A DNA stretch of 63,990 nucleotides, counting the filler, from Octopus bimaculoides (Eukaryota), in NCBI RefSeq assembly GCF_001194135.2. It is 5 parts of 4 records of this genome, joined end to end, with 100 filler letters (N's around TTAATTAATTAA, not from the genome) between each part and the next. Parts side by side here need not be neighbours in the genome. Positions count along the whole stretch, not along the records: positions 7,403 to 26,640 come from NC_068991.1; 4 more parts are not named here. The stretch is one strand, 5' to 3'. The notes beneath the pieces were generated by a model that had not been told where the DNA came from, made no database searches, and saw only the letters and a list, made by a program, of their open reading frames with translations. This document shows positions 13,304 through 23,694 of the stretch, piece by piece. A program made the translations under genes and the position numbers. Numbering within the stretch: the first letter of the stretch is position 1; each line of letters starts with the position of its first letter.

Positions 13304-13527
13304 CTGGTAGAATCGTTAGCACGCCGAGCAAAATGTTTAGCGGTATTTCATCTACCATTACGTTCTGAGTTCAAATTTTGCCGCGGTCAACTTTGCCTTT
13401 CATCTTTTCGGGGTCGATAAATTAAGTACCAGTTACGCACTGGGGTTGATGTAATCAACTTAATCCATTTGTCTGTCCTTGTTTGTCTCCTCTATGTTTA
13501 GCCCCTTGTGATCAATAAAGAAATAAG
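13304..13527 (+). mobile_element. SINE family B
   Basis: Near full-length match to the family B motifs. Confidence 0.85.
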
Positions 13528-13967
13528 AAGCTTGCTTCCCAACCACATCGTTCCGGGTTCAGTCCCACTGAACCATGTGGTTGGTAAGCAAGCTACTTAC
13601 CACATAGCCACTCCTGCGCCTTCTGTGAAAAAGTGCTTGAACTAGGGATGGTAATATTATCTTACTTCGAAACAGGTGAAGGTTGGCAACAGGAAAAGCA
13701 TCCAGCTATAGAAAAATTTCCATCAGCGAATCTTGCTTGATCCATACAAGCATAGGAAAATAGACATTAAAATGATGATGATGATGCTAATGATTACAAT
13801 GATAAGGCCTCATTTCTCCAGTGTCTTTCCATAGATTCAGTAGGGTGTATGAATTGAGGGAGATTTGGCTTCTATTTCTAGCAGGGTGAATGACCACATA
13901 GAAACTCCTTCCTTGTTACAGCAACAGCTGCGAATATATTCTTCTTGTATTTGTTTGTTTATTACAG

Positions 13968-14119
13968 AATCACAAGTTCTACACTGCATCTGATGTCAAC
14001 AGCATCCAAATATACACATTTCCAGATGGCATAGCAGATGGGATGGTCACACGGTTCACTGCTCCTGCTAACCACATGTGCTTCAACAGAGCAGGAACAA
14101 TTCTGGTTGCTGGGGCAAG
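13968..14119 (+). CDS. WDHD1: WDHD1 exon 3: NHKFYTASDVNSIQIYTFPDGIADGMVTRFTAPANHMCFNRAGTILVAGA(S)
   Basis: Acceptor ttacag|, donor AG|GTATTT; TFP.G..DG..TRFT..ANH motif. Confidence 0.95.
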
Positions 14120-15790
14120 GTATTTTGCAAAATTTTCTTGTCAACTTTGTACAAGAGTAAGCTTTTGCTCGTTTGTTGTTGTTGTTGTTGTTGTTGTTGT
14201 TGCAGTTGTTAGCACACTGAGCAAATTACTTAGCAGCATTTTGTCCATCTGCACGTTCTGAGTTCAAACTCCACTGGGGTTGACTTTGCCTTTCATCCTT
14301 TCGTGGGTTGATGAAATAAATACCAGTTTAGTACTGAGGTCGATGTGATCAACTTGTGTGTGCATGAGAGCATGTGTGTGTATCTGCGTGTGTGAACAAG
14401 TGCTTGCACGCATCTGTGTGTGTGTGTGTGTGTTATTTCATTACTATCCACAAGGGGCTACACACAGAGGGGACAAACAAGGACAGACAAACGGATTAAG
14501 TTGATTATATCGACCCCAGTGTGTAACTGGTACTTATTTAATCAACCCCGAAAGGATGAAAGGCAAAGTCGACCTCGGTGGAATTTGAACTCGGAACGTA
14601 GCGGCAGACAAAATACTGCTAAGCATTTCNNNNNNNNNNNNNNNNNNNNNNNNNNNNNNNNNNNNNNNNNNNNNNNNNNNNNNNNNNNNNNNNNNNNNNN
14701 NNNNNNNNNNNNNNNNNNNNNNNNNNNNNNNNNNNNNNNNNNNNNNNNNNNNNNNNNNNNNNNNNNNNNNNNNNNNNNNNNNNNNNNNNNNNNNNNNNNN
14801 NNNNNNNNNNNNNNNNNNNNNNNNNNNNNNNNNNNNNNNNNNNNNNNNNNNNNNNNNNNNNNNNNNNNNNNNNNNNNNNNNNNNNNNNNNNNNNNNNNNN
14901 NNNNNNNNNNNNNNNNNNNNNNNNNNNNNNNNNNNNNNNNNNNNNNNNNNNNNNNNNNNNNNNNNNNNNNNNNNNNNNNNNNNNNNNNNNNNNNNNNNNN
15001 NNNNNNNNNNNNNNNNNNNNNNNNNNNNNNNNNNNNNNNNNNNNNNNNNNNNNNNNNNNNNNNNNNNNNNNNNNNNNNNNNNNNNNNNNNNNNNNNNNNN
15101 NNNNNNNNNNNNNNNNNNNNNNNNNNNNNNNNNNNNNNNNNNNNNNNNNNNNNNNNNNNNNNNNNNNNNNNNNNNNNNNNNNNNNNNNNNNNNNNNNNNN
15201 NNNNNNNNNNNNNNNNNNNNNNNNNNNNNNNNNNNNNNNNNNNNNNNNNNNNNNNNNNNNNNNNNNNNNNNNNNNNNNNNNNNNNNNNNNNNNNNNNNNN
15301 NNNNNNNNNNNNNNNNNNNNNNNNNNNNNNNNNNNNNNNNNNNNNNNNNNNNNNNNNNNNNNNNNNNNNNNNNNNNNNNNNNNNNNNNNNNNNNNNNNNN
15401 NNNNNNNNNNNNNNNNNNNNNNNNNNNNNNNNNNNNNNNNNNNNNNNNNNNNNNNNNNNNNNNNNNNNNNNNNNNNGCTATGAAGGACTGCTAAGGTCAA
15501 ACTACCACAATAAACAGACCTTAGCAGTCCCTCAGCGTGAGGCATTATTCTATAGTAATGCCCTTATATAAATATAAATAAATATATTCTAGGGAATAAA
15601 TGATGGTTTTTTTTTCCCTTATGAAGTTATTTTCACGCTAGCTACTTGATAAGTTCTTGTAAAAGATTTTATCCTATTATTGAATTAATTAATTATATAT
15701 ATATATATGTGAATGCATTTATGTGTACAATGTGATGATATATGTATACGCACAGCTAGTTTGTAAGTAAGATGTCTGTTTTCCTTCTAG

Positions 15791-15899
15791 TGACTTCATG
15801 ATCAAAATCACAGATGTACGATCAAGCAAACAGAAATCTCTCCAAGGACACGAAGCTCCAATATTGAGTGTGGCTTTACATCCCAAAGGACTCTTTCTG
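15791..15899 (+). CDS. WDHD1: WDHD1 exon 4: DFMIKITDVRSSKQKSLQGHEAPILSVALHPKGLFL
   Basis: Acceptor ttctag|, donor CTG|GTTCGT; GH-dipeptide WD40 repeat. Confidence 0.93.
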
Positions 15900-16050
15900 G
15901 TTCGTTAGCTTCCTTTTATTTCTCTTTCTATCTCTACATCATGGCTTGTTACCAGTATTAAATGTGACTTTACTCTTTCAACCAATATTTTCTTGTCTCT
16001 GTACCCCTCCTCTCTCTCCTTGACAGTACAGCCCTCAGTGTAGCTGGCCT

Positions 16051-16353
16051 TTAAACCCATTACCTCCCATAATTCTATTAACTGGAATTTTTTTTATGAA
16101 ACTTTGATTTCTAGCATAAAACAGCCTTAGAAACACGCTGGAATGATCAAAATAACATTTCAAAATAACATTTTAAATAGAAATAAGCGAGATATTGGAT
16201 GAAAAATTAGCAAGCCTCATTTGAATATCAGAGAAATATACCTAGTAGATATAGCAAAAAGGTTAGATGATATGTGTAAATATTGACAGATAATTATGAA
16301 ATTTGTAATTTTTAAGTGATCTCATATGAGATCACTGGTGGGTAATGGGTTAA
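16051..16353. mobile_element. TTAA-flanked MITE
   Basis: TTAA(A)CCCATTACCTCCCA ... TGGTGGGTAATGGGTTAA terminal inverted repeats. Confidence 0.6.
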
Positions 16354-17037
16354 TATTTCATCCACCTTTCTATCCTGTTATCTGTTTGGTTTCTTTTCCT
16401 TCTTCTCTCCTTTTTGCTGTTTAACTTTTAATACTTCATCTCACTACCTTTCTTTTTCTCTGTGTCTATCTATTTGCACATCTGTCGATCTATTTCTGTC
16501 TCTCTCTCATTCTCATTCCTTCAGAATTGAGAAAGAATTTCCTACCTTTGATTGACCTGTATATCTTTTACTTGTTTTAGTCATCAGCGATCTATATATC
16601 ATACTTAATGTAAAACCCTTCTTGAAAGACAAATTTACTGCAGCATTCATTTGGAGATAATACCCTCTTATATTTAAAAACACAATACCAACCAGACAGA
16701 GACTTCTCCTGGTTCTATGATAGAAACCTCATGTTTTAATATGATCTAAATTGAAAAAAACTTTCCGTCACAATTTTATGTTAATTTAAATTTCAAATAT
16801 CTGCTTAGTCTTGACAAAATTATATCACTAAATTCTTCATTACATGCTGTTTGGACTATTTTGAGAAAACTTATCTCCTGGCTATAATCTATTTGATATA
16901 TTTTGATTTTTATAAATGCTTTTATTCTCGGATGGGCTATTGCATTTCTTTGTTCTTTTAAGCAATCTGTCAAATTTAGCCTAAACACCTTGTATTTCTA
17001 GTATTAATTGAAATGCAGATTTGAAACAAACAGTATA

Positions 17038-17450
17038 CAGGGTGTCCACAAAGTCTGGCTACATGGAGTAAATAAAATCATAACATCATCATCATCATCA
17101 TCATCGTTTAACGTCCGCTTTCCATGCTAGCATGGGTTGAATGATTTGACTGAGGACTGGTGGAGCCCGAAGGCTACACCAGGCTCCAATCTGATTTGGC
17201 AGAGTTTCTACAGCTGGATGCCCTTCCTAACGCCAACCACTCCGAGAGTGTAGTAGGTGCTTTTATGTGTCACCCGCACGAGGACATAAGCAATTAAATA
17301 TAAGAAATAATAATTTCTTAAAGTATGTGTTAATCCACATGTGGGTACATGGAGTAAATAAAATCATAACATAAACAATTAAATATAAGAAATTATTATT
17401 CCTTAAAGTATGTGCTAATCCCCATATACCCAGACTTTGTGGACACCCTG
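17038..17450. mobile_element. Tc1/mariner MITE with a nested family C element (17083-17283, -) and a duplicated body
   Basis: TA|CAGGGTGTCCACAAAGTCTGG ... CCAGACTTTGTGGACACCCTG|TA. Confidence 0.85.
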
Positions 17451-17663
17451 TAGTTTAAAAGAAATATGATGCCAAGACGGTAAGAGGATGAACAAGAGAA
17501 AAAATCAAGTCCAGCAGTTTGTCTTTGACTAAATATTCTTGTTGGTTATATAATTGATCCATCAGTTCTTTGTTTGCTGTGGTGTAAAAGATAACTGTAA
17601 TAATCATTCTGTTGTAATAATGTTTCTCTTGGTTGAATAAGAATTTCTTTGATTCCGTTTCAG

Positions 17664-17761
17664 GCATCGTCCAGTTGTGATGGATCCTACCGTGTCTGGT
17701 CAATGTCTACTCATACCAGTGTGAAGACATGGAATGGTTTAGCACGATACAGTGATGTGAG
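17664..17761 (+). CDS. WDHD1: WDHD1 exon 5: ASSSCDGSYRVWSMSTHTSVKTWNGLARYSDV(S)
   Basis: Acceptor tttcag|, donor AG|GTGAGA. Confidence 0.93.
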
Positions 17762-17767
17762 GTGAGA

Positions 17768-18144
17768 GTCTTCTACTATAGCCTCAGGCCGACCAAAGCC
17801 TTGTGAGTGGATTTGTGCCCGTGGCATGTGTAAGGACTTTTGAGCGAGATCGTTGCCAGTGCCGTTGGACTGGCTTTTGTGCGGGTGGCATGTAAAATAC
17901 ACCATTTTGAGCGTGGCTGTTGCCAGTACCGCCTTACTGGCCTTTGTGCCGGTGGCACGTAAAAGCACCCACTACACTCTCGGAGTGGTTGACGTTACGA
18001 AGAGCATCCAGCTGTAGAAACTCTGCCAAATCAGATTGGAGCCTGGTGCAGCCATCTGGTTTCACCAGTCCCCAGTCAAATCGTCCAACCCATGCTAGCA
18101 TGGAAAGCGGACGTTAAACGACGATGATGATGATGATGATGATG
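17768..18144 (+). mobile_element. Family A fragment fused to a family C element
   Basis: gtcttctactatagcctc...ggatttg followed by the family C body and (GAT)n tail. Confidence 0.8.
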
Positions 18145-18506
18145 AGTGTCACTGTTGTCCAAGCAGTGTCATTCATTTCCAATATATTCTGTGAGAACAA
18201 GTCTTGTGGAGAAATCTTATCTTGCTTGGAAACAGATGGGGATTGGTAACAGGAAGGGCAACTTGCCGTAAAAAAAAAAACCCCTACCTCAATTAAACTC
18301 TGTCTGGTACAAATATAAATAATATAAATAATGTAAACTTTGTCTGACCCATGAAATAATGGAAATGTGGATATTAAAATAACGATTGTGGTTATGGTTC
18401 TTTATTTGTTGATTATACATTTGGAATTTATTGAATTTATCAAATGCATATATATTTTATGGATGCTAATTTATTCCTGTTTTCTTCTCATGCTTTCTCT
18501 TTGCAG

Positions 18507-18552
18507 CTTGGCGAAATCTCTTTGTCGTTTATGCTGGGACCCTCTTGGAGAG
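18507..18552 (+). CDS. WDHD1: WDHD1 exon 6: LAKSLCRLCWDPLGE
   Basis: Long pyrimidine tract + ttgcag|, donor GAG|GTAAGT; AKS.CRL.W.P motif. Confidence 0.92.
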
Positions 18553-18764
18553 GTAAGTTTCTCTGGCACATAATACAAACAGTATGTCTACATGTGAAGA
18601 TGTTGTTGTGCAGCTGTAATACACACAGTAGTGGCTGTGTGGTGAGTAGCTTGCTTCCCAACCACATGCTTGCAGGTTCATGTGGCACCTTGGGCAAGTG
18701 TCTTCTACTTGGCCTTGCATTTGGTAAGTGGAAACTGAAACAAGTCCGTTGTATATATATATAA

Positions 18765-18795
<31 letters not shown>

Positions 18796-18965
18796 AATAA
18801 ATATATATANNNNNNNNNNNNNNNNNNNNNNNNNNNNNNNNNNNNNNNNNNNNNNNNNNNNNNNNNNNNNNNNNNNNNNNNNNNNNNNNNNNNNNNNNNN
18901 NNNNNNNNNNNNNNNNNNNNNNNNNNNNNNNNNNNNNNNNNNNNNNNNNNNNNNNNNNNNNNNNN

Positions 18966-19115
18966 GGGAGAATTTACAAAAAAAAAACAACACACGAAGA
19001 CAGGTGGTGTAAACAACAAATGGATGTATTAGTTTAACGCTCAGGGATAGAGAAAGTTTTTGATGTTTCGAGCCTACGCTCTTCAACTGAAAGGAACACA
19101 GAAAGAAATAAGGAG
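18966..19115 (-). mobile_element. Dispersed repeat carrying a hammerhead-like motif (probable Penelope-like pLTR relic)
   Basis: Same repeat at 47905-48035 (+) and 58770-58870 (-). Confidence 0.55.
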
Positions 19116-19220
19116 AGAAACAAGGAGAAAAAAAATATAAATGTACTGGTCAGCTATCTACACAGATAAGGAAATAATTTTATTCTCAAACGCATGATAA
19201 TGCTAATAATATAGCATAAA

Positions 19221-19504
19221 CAGGATAAACTACCCATATTTTGCAGAAAAATCTATTGGCGGCCAGCCATGCAACTCGAATTCACATCCTTGTGATTATG
19301 CGTCAAGTGTTTTACCATTAAGCTAAACTGCCCAGCGACAAATTCTTCTGCAATTTCAGGATATATAAATCTAGCTTTAGAATTTGTCGCTGGGCAGTTT
19401 AGCTTAATGGTAAAACACTTGATGTGTAATCACAAGGATGTGTGTTCGAGTTGCATGACTGGCTGCCGACAAATTTTTCTGCAAAATATGGGTAGTTTAT
19501 CCTG
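19221..19504. mobile_element. Foldback element: two 126-bp inverted arms, each holding a tRNA-like unit, with a 32-bp spacer
   Basis: Arms 19221-19346 and 19379-19504 differ at 10 positions; A box TAGCTTAATGG and B box GTTCGAGT are present. Confidence 0.8.
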
Positions 19505-19750
19505 TATTTGAGAATAATGAGATGATTGATGCTGCTTTAGGGCAATGTGCTCTGAATTTTTGGTTCAGTGGAAGACAATTTTAAGTGTAAATCATGTTTT
19601 TAAAAAAAGTCTTGAAAATATTAGAATATTCCTATAGACTTTGAAACTATTTGAAGTTTTGTGTTTATTTAACAAAATGATTTTTTTTTTAATATACACT
19701 TTTTTCATATTTTTCTGTTTAAAAAAAAATATTCTGTTTTTTATTTGTAG

Positions 19751-19843
19751 AATCTCTTGGTTCCTGTTGAAAAGGAAATTATTGTTTATGATACAAAGAC
19801 CTGGAATAAAACTGCAGCTTTAACTGATGCAAAGATAAAAGAC
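19751..19843 (+). CDS. WDHD1: WDHD1 exon 7: NLLVPVEKEIIVYDTKTWNKTAALTDAKIKD
   Basis: Acceptor ttgtag|, donor GAC|GTAAGG; PVEK motif. Confidence 0.92.
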
Positions 19844-20511
19844 GTAAGGAATTTATTGTTATTATCCTCCTTATCATAATAATAATAATAATCATCATCA
19901 TCGTTATCAATAGTTTCATCACTAAATATCATCATTTAGTGTCCATGTTTCATGCTAGCATCGTTGGATGGCTTGACAGGATCCAGTGTGTCCAAGGACT
20001 GCATCACAGGAACAGCTTTATACTAGGAGACGAGGGGTAAAAAACAGGTACAAGTATGAGACAAAGGGCCAGAGCTAAGCAAGGTTTCTTGCTACAGAGA
20101 GACTACATGACAACTTACCCCTTAGTAGAAAAGGCAGAAGTGATAGAGTAGGGAGAACAACGGAGTTGGATTTTTGTTATTTATTGGTGCCTCATTTCAC
20201 TCTTGGTCGAACTGCTCTATGAACAAGTGTATTCCATCTGTGACCATCCTGTCATTTCATTTTTGCTTTTGTTCAGGAATATTGTATCTAGGTCTTTTGC
20301 CATTTATTTGCACTTTTTAATCAGACTTCCTTCGCAATATCCTGTCACTTATATTATGGCATTTGAACCTCAAGGGTATACCCTGGCACTTGCCACTATC
20401 TCTCTCTTCCTTTACTCAACCATCTCATTTATACTCTGATCCCCGTTCCTTGTGAGTATGCTCGGCATTTTGCCACCATCTTCATCCTGCGGTTACCCAC
20501 TATATATATAT

Positions 20512-20551
<40 letters not shown>

Positions 20552-20874
20552 CAGGCATCTTCCAGTTTCCATTCACTAAATCCACTCACAAGGCTTTGGT
20601 CAGCCCAAGGCTATAGTAGAAGACACTTGCCCAAGGTGCCACACTGTGGGACTGAACCTAGAACCTTGTGATTGGGAAGGAAGCCTCTTACTACATGGCC
20701 ACACTTATGCTTTTCTTTTATTCTTTCATTCTCTTACATGTTTTAGTCATTTAACTGCAGCCATGCTGGAGCATCACCTTTAGTCGAAGAAATCGACCCC
20801 AGGGCTTATTCTTTGTAAGCCTAGTACTTTATTCTATCGGCCTTATTTATTTATTTATTTTATTTTTGTTCCAG

Positions 20875-20981
20875 ACCATTTCCATTTTGATGTTCTCCAG
20901 TTGTCAGAAGTATTTGGCAGCAACATGTTTCGATGGTCTCTTGCTAATTTTTGACTGGAGCAAAAGACTTTGCATACAAAG
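20875..20981 (+). CDS. WDHD1: WDHD1 exon 8: TISILMFSSCQKYLAATCFDGLLLIFDWSKRLCIQ(S)
   Basis: Acceptor ttccag|, donor AG|GTAAGT. Confidence 0.92.
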
Positions 20982-21168
20982 GTAAGTGTGGAATGTGGTG
21001 ACCTTTCCTTTGATGTTTCAGCTTTGATTGAGCAGACTTAGGATGAAAAGTATTCCAGTCATGACCATCCCACCTCCTTTCCCTGTGCTCTGCCTTCTGA
21101 AGGCCATATCATTCATCATTTTCTCTCTCTCTTTTTTTTTTTAATATTGTTGAGTGTGATTTGAAATA

Positions 21169-21645
21169 GAAATTGGTAAAATGTGGAACATGAAGACTAG
21201 AGGCGCTCTAGAGACAATAGCAAAATGAGCTGATTGTTCTGTATCTCAGATATAAGGAAATCCCAAATTGGAGGAAATTCGAAAAATAGTGCTCATGGGA
21301 ACTGCTTGTATCCTAAGAAAAATATTGTCACTGTAATTCCTAAAACATTTTAATCTGTGAGCATTATCAATAGTACTTTTAAATGTACATAATAGCAAAC
21401 AACTTTTGCTTTCATCTTAAGACTACACTATCATCTTATCAAATTAATTTTAAAACAGACTTTAATTTTCTTATCGTTTGACAGAAAACTCTTGGACAGT
21501 ACTCTGTGCAAAACCAAAAATATGGTACACTAAGCATAATACTAACTTGAACTTCTAACTTGTTGTCTCTTGAGATCTCTGGGTGAGACTTGGAGTCAGC
21601 CTGTAACAAATACTAAGCAAAAGCCAAATATAAAAATAATAACAA
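21169..21645 (+). mobile_element. 3' end of an RLE-type (R4/Dong-like) non-LTR element
   Basis: 21169-21350 aligns by eye with 56812-57005 (EIGKMWN ... IRKIVLMGTA.ILRKIL); the right boundary is approximate. Confidence 0.65.
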
Positions 21646-21649
21646 TGCT

Positions 21650-21810
21650 AGTAATTCTTTCTACTGTGACTGGTACTTATTTCATGGTCCCCGAAAGGAT
21701 GAAAGGCAAAGTCAGAGGCGGAATTTGAACTCAGAATGAAAAGATAGATAAAATGCCACTAAGCACTTTGCCCAACGTGCTGACAATTCTGCCAGCTCAC
21801 CGCCTTAATA
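21650..21810 (-). mobile_element. SINE family B
   Basis: Family B motifs; 5' end abuts a (TAA)n tract. Confidence 0.8.
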
Positions 21811-21855
21811 ATAATAATAATAATAATGAAGCTTTTTTTGTTTTTGTTATTACAG

Positions 21856-21934
21856 TTATAAACATGAGAAGACCTTCACAGCTATTTCCTGGAATCCAAT
21901 AAAGAACAATGAAATTGTTTTCACTGATAATGAG
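21856..21934 (+). CDS. WDHD1: WDHD1 exon 9: YKHEKTFTAISWNPIKNNEIVFTDNE
   Basis: Acceptor ttacag|, donor GAG|GTAAAA; KHEK...W.P....I..TD.E motif. Confidence 0.9.
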
Positions 21935-22232
21935 GTAAAATATACATCTTTTCCTCCTCATCTTCCCTCCTCTTCCCATTGCTTCCTTTCTCTCCCCTCC
22001 TCTTCTTCTGCATCTTCTCTTCCTTCTCCCTTCCTCTTTTCCTTTCTTCTCTCTTTGTCCTCTACTTCCTCCCCATCATCCTCACCAAGGTTGACTTCGC
22101 CTTTCATTCTTTTGAAGGTCAATAAAATAAGTACCAGTCACGTACTGGGGTCAATATAATCAGCCAACCAACCTCCATCCCTTCAGAGTTGCAGGCCTTG
22201 TGCCAAAATTAAAAAAATTATTATTAACATTA

Positions 22233-22460
22233 TTAATCCATTAGCGTCCATGGTCCTCTTTTTAGGACCAGAAGAATAATTCATCATATTTCTGCAACAC
22301 CTGTATTTTTCTGAGATATCTTTATTTAGTCATCAAGACTGGAGTCTCTTTCAAATTTTGTAATAAATTTTTTTTTATATATTTAGTATCAGATAAAGTT
22401 ATATAGATAAAAGATTTTTGGTAATAGATTAAAGAAAAAATTTGGGCACTAATGGGTTAA
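22233..22460. mobile_element. TTAA-flanked MITE
   Basis: TTAATCCATTAGCGTCCA ... TGGGCACTAATGGGTTAA. Confidence 0.6.
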
Positions 22461-22680
22461 GTTGGCATGCTGGCAGAAATCGTTAGCATGCTGGGTGAAA
22501 TACTTGACTGTAGTTTTTCTGTCTTTACATTCTGAGTTCAAATTCTGCCAAGGTTGACTTTGCCTTTCATCCTTTTGGGATCGATAAATTAATTACCAGT
22601 CAAGTACTGCAGTCAATGTGACCAACTGTTCCCCTCCTCCAAACTTCAGGCCTTGTGCCTTTAGTAGAAAGAAGTATTAA

Positions 22681-22740
<60 letters not shown>

Positions 22741-23205
22741 GGTGGCAAGCTGGCAGAATCGTTAGCACACCAGGCAAAATGCTTAGTGGCATTTCATCCA
22801 TCTTTATGTTATGAGTTCAAATTCCACCGAGGTCACCTTTACCTTTTATCCTTTCGGGGTCGATAAATTAAGTACCTGGGGAAACACTGGGGTCGATGTA
22901 ATAGACTCGCCCCATCTCCCAAAATTTCAGGCCTTCTGTATTTAGTAGAAAGGATGATTATTATTTTATTATTATTATTATTATTATTATTATGGCAGCA
23001 ACCTGGCAAAATCATTAGCACGCCTTGCAAAATGCTTAGCAGTATTTTGTCCCTGTTTATGTTCTGAGTTCAAATTCCACTGAGGTTGACTTTGCGTTTC
23101 TTCCTCTTGGGTTTGATAAAAGATGTACCTGTTGAACACTTGGGTCGATGTAATTGACTTAGCCCCTTCCCCGTTGTGCCTCTAGTAGAAAGGATTATCA
23201 TTATT
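22461..23205 (+). mobile_element. Three tandem SINE family B copies separated by (ATT)n
   Basis: Copies at about 22461-22680, 22740-22960 and 22993-23205. Confidence 0.85.
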
Positions 23206-23219
23206 GTTTTTATTTGCAG

Positions 23220-23273
23220 GGACAGATTGGATTATTTGAAAATGTTTTATCGACTGCTGCTAGTAAAAACGCT
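23220..23273 (+). CDS. WDHD1: WDHD1 exon 10: GQIGLFENVLSTAASKNA
   Basis: Acceptor ttgcag|, donor GCT|GTAAGT; G.IGL.ENV ends the WD40 domain. Confidence 0.88.
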
Positions 23274-23694
23274 GTAAGTATTGAATGAACTAAAGAAAGA
23301 AAACCTTGTCGCTCTATTTTATACATTGGACTTACTAGTAATCCTCAATAATCTCTAATTCTTGTTGGTACCAATGGTAATAAAATATCATTAACACTTT
23401 TAGTACTAAACCATCCGAGACTTCCTGTAGTTCTTTGATACGAACCTCCAGTTTTAAAGTGATCTAAATTGAAATCTTCCATCAAAATTTCTTAGTAATA
23501 TATTTTCCAAACATCAGCTGAACCTTTAGCATGTTGTTGGTGCATCATGTTGCCATACGATTTTTCTCCCCTTTCAGTGCGACAGGGAAGATATCTTGCA
23601 TGGTGGCATGATGCACCCTAAGCATGCTAAAGGTTACTGACAATGTTAGTTTACTAAATTCTTCATTATTTAAAAAATTAATTGTCAAAGTGGA

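Noticed and set aside
14120-14127. U12-type donor after WDHD1 exon 3
   Set aside because: GTATTTTG does not match GTATCCTT, and the acceptor looks like a normal U2 site
19393-19467. Functional tRNA gene
   Set aside because: The anticodon and T stems pair poorly and the unit is part of an inverted-repeat element; reported as tRNA-like only
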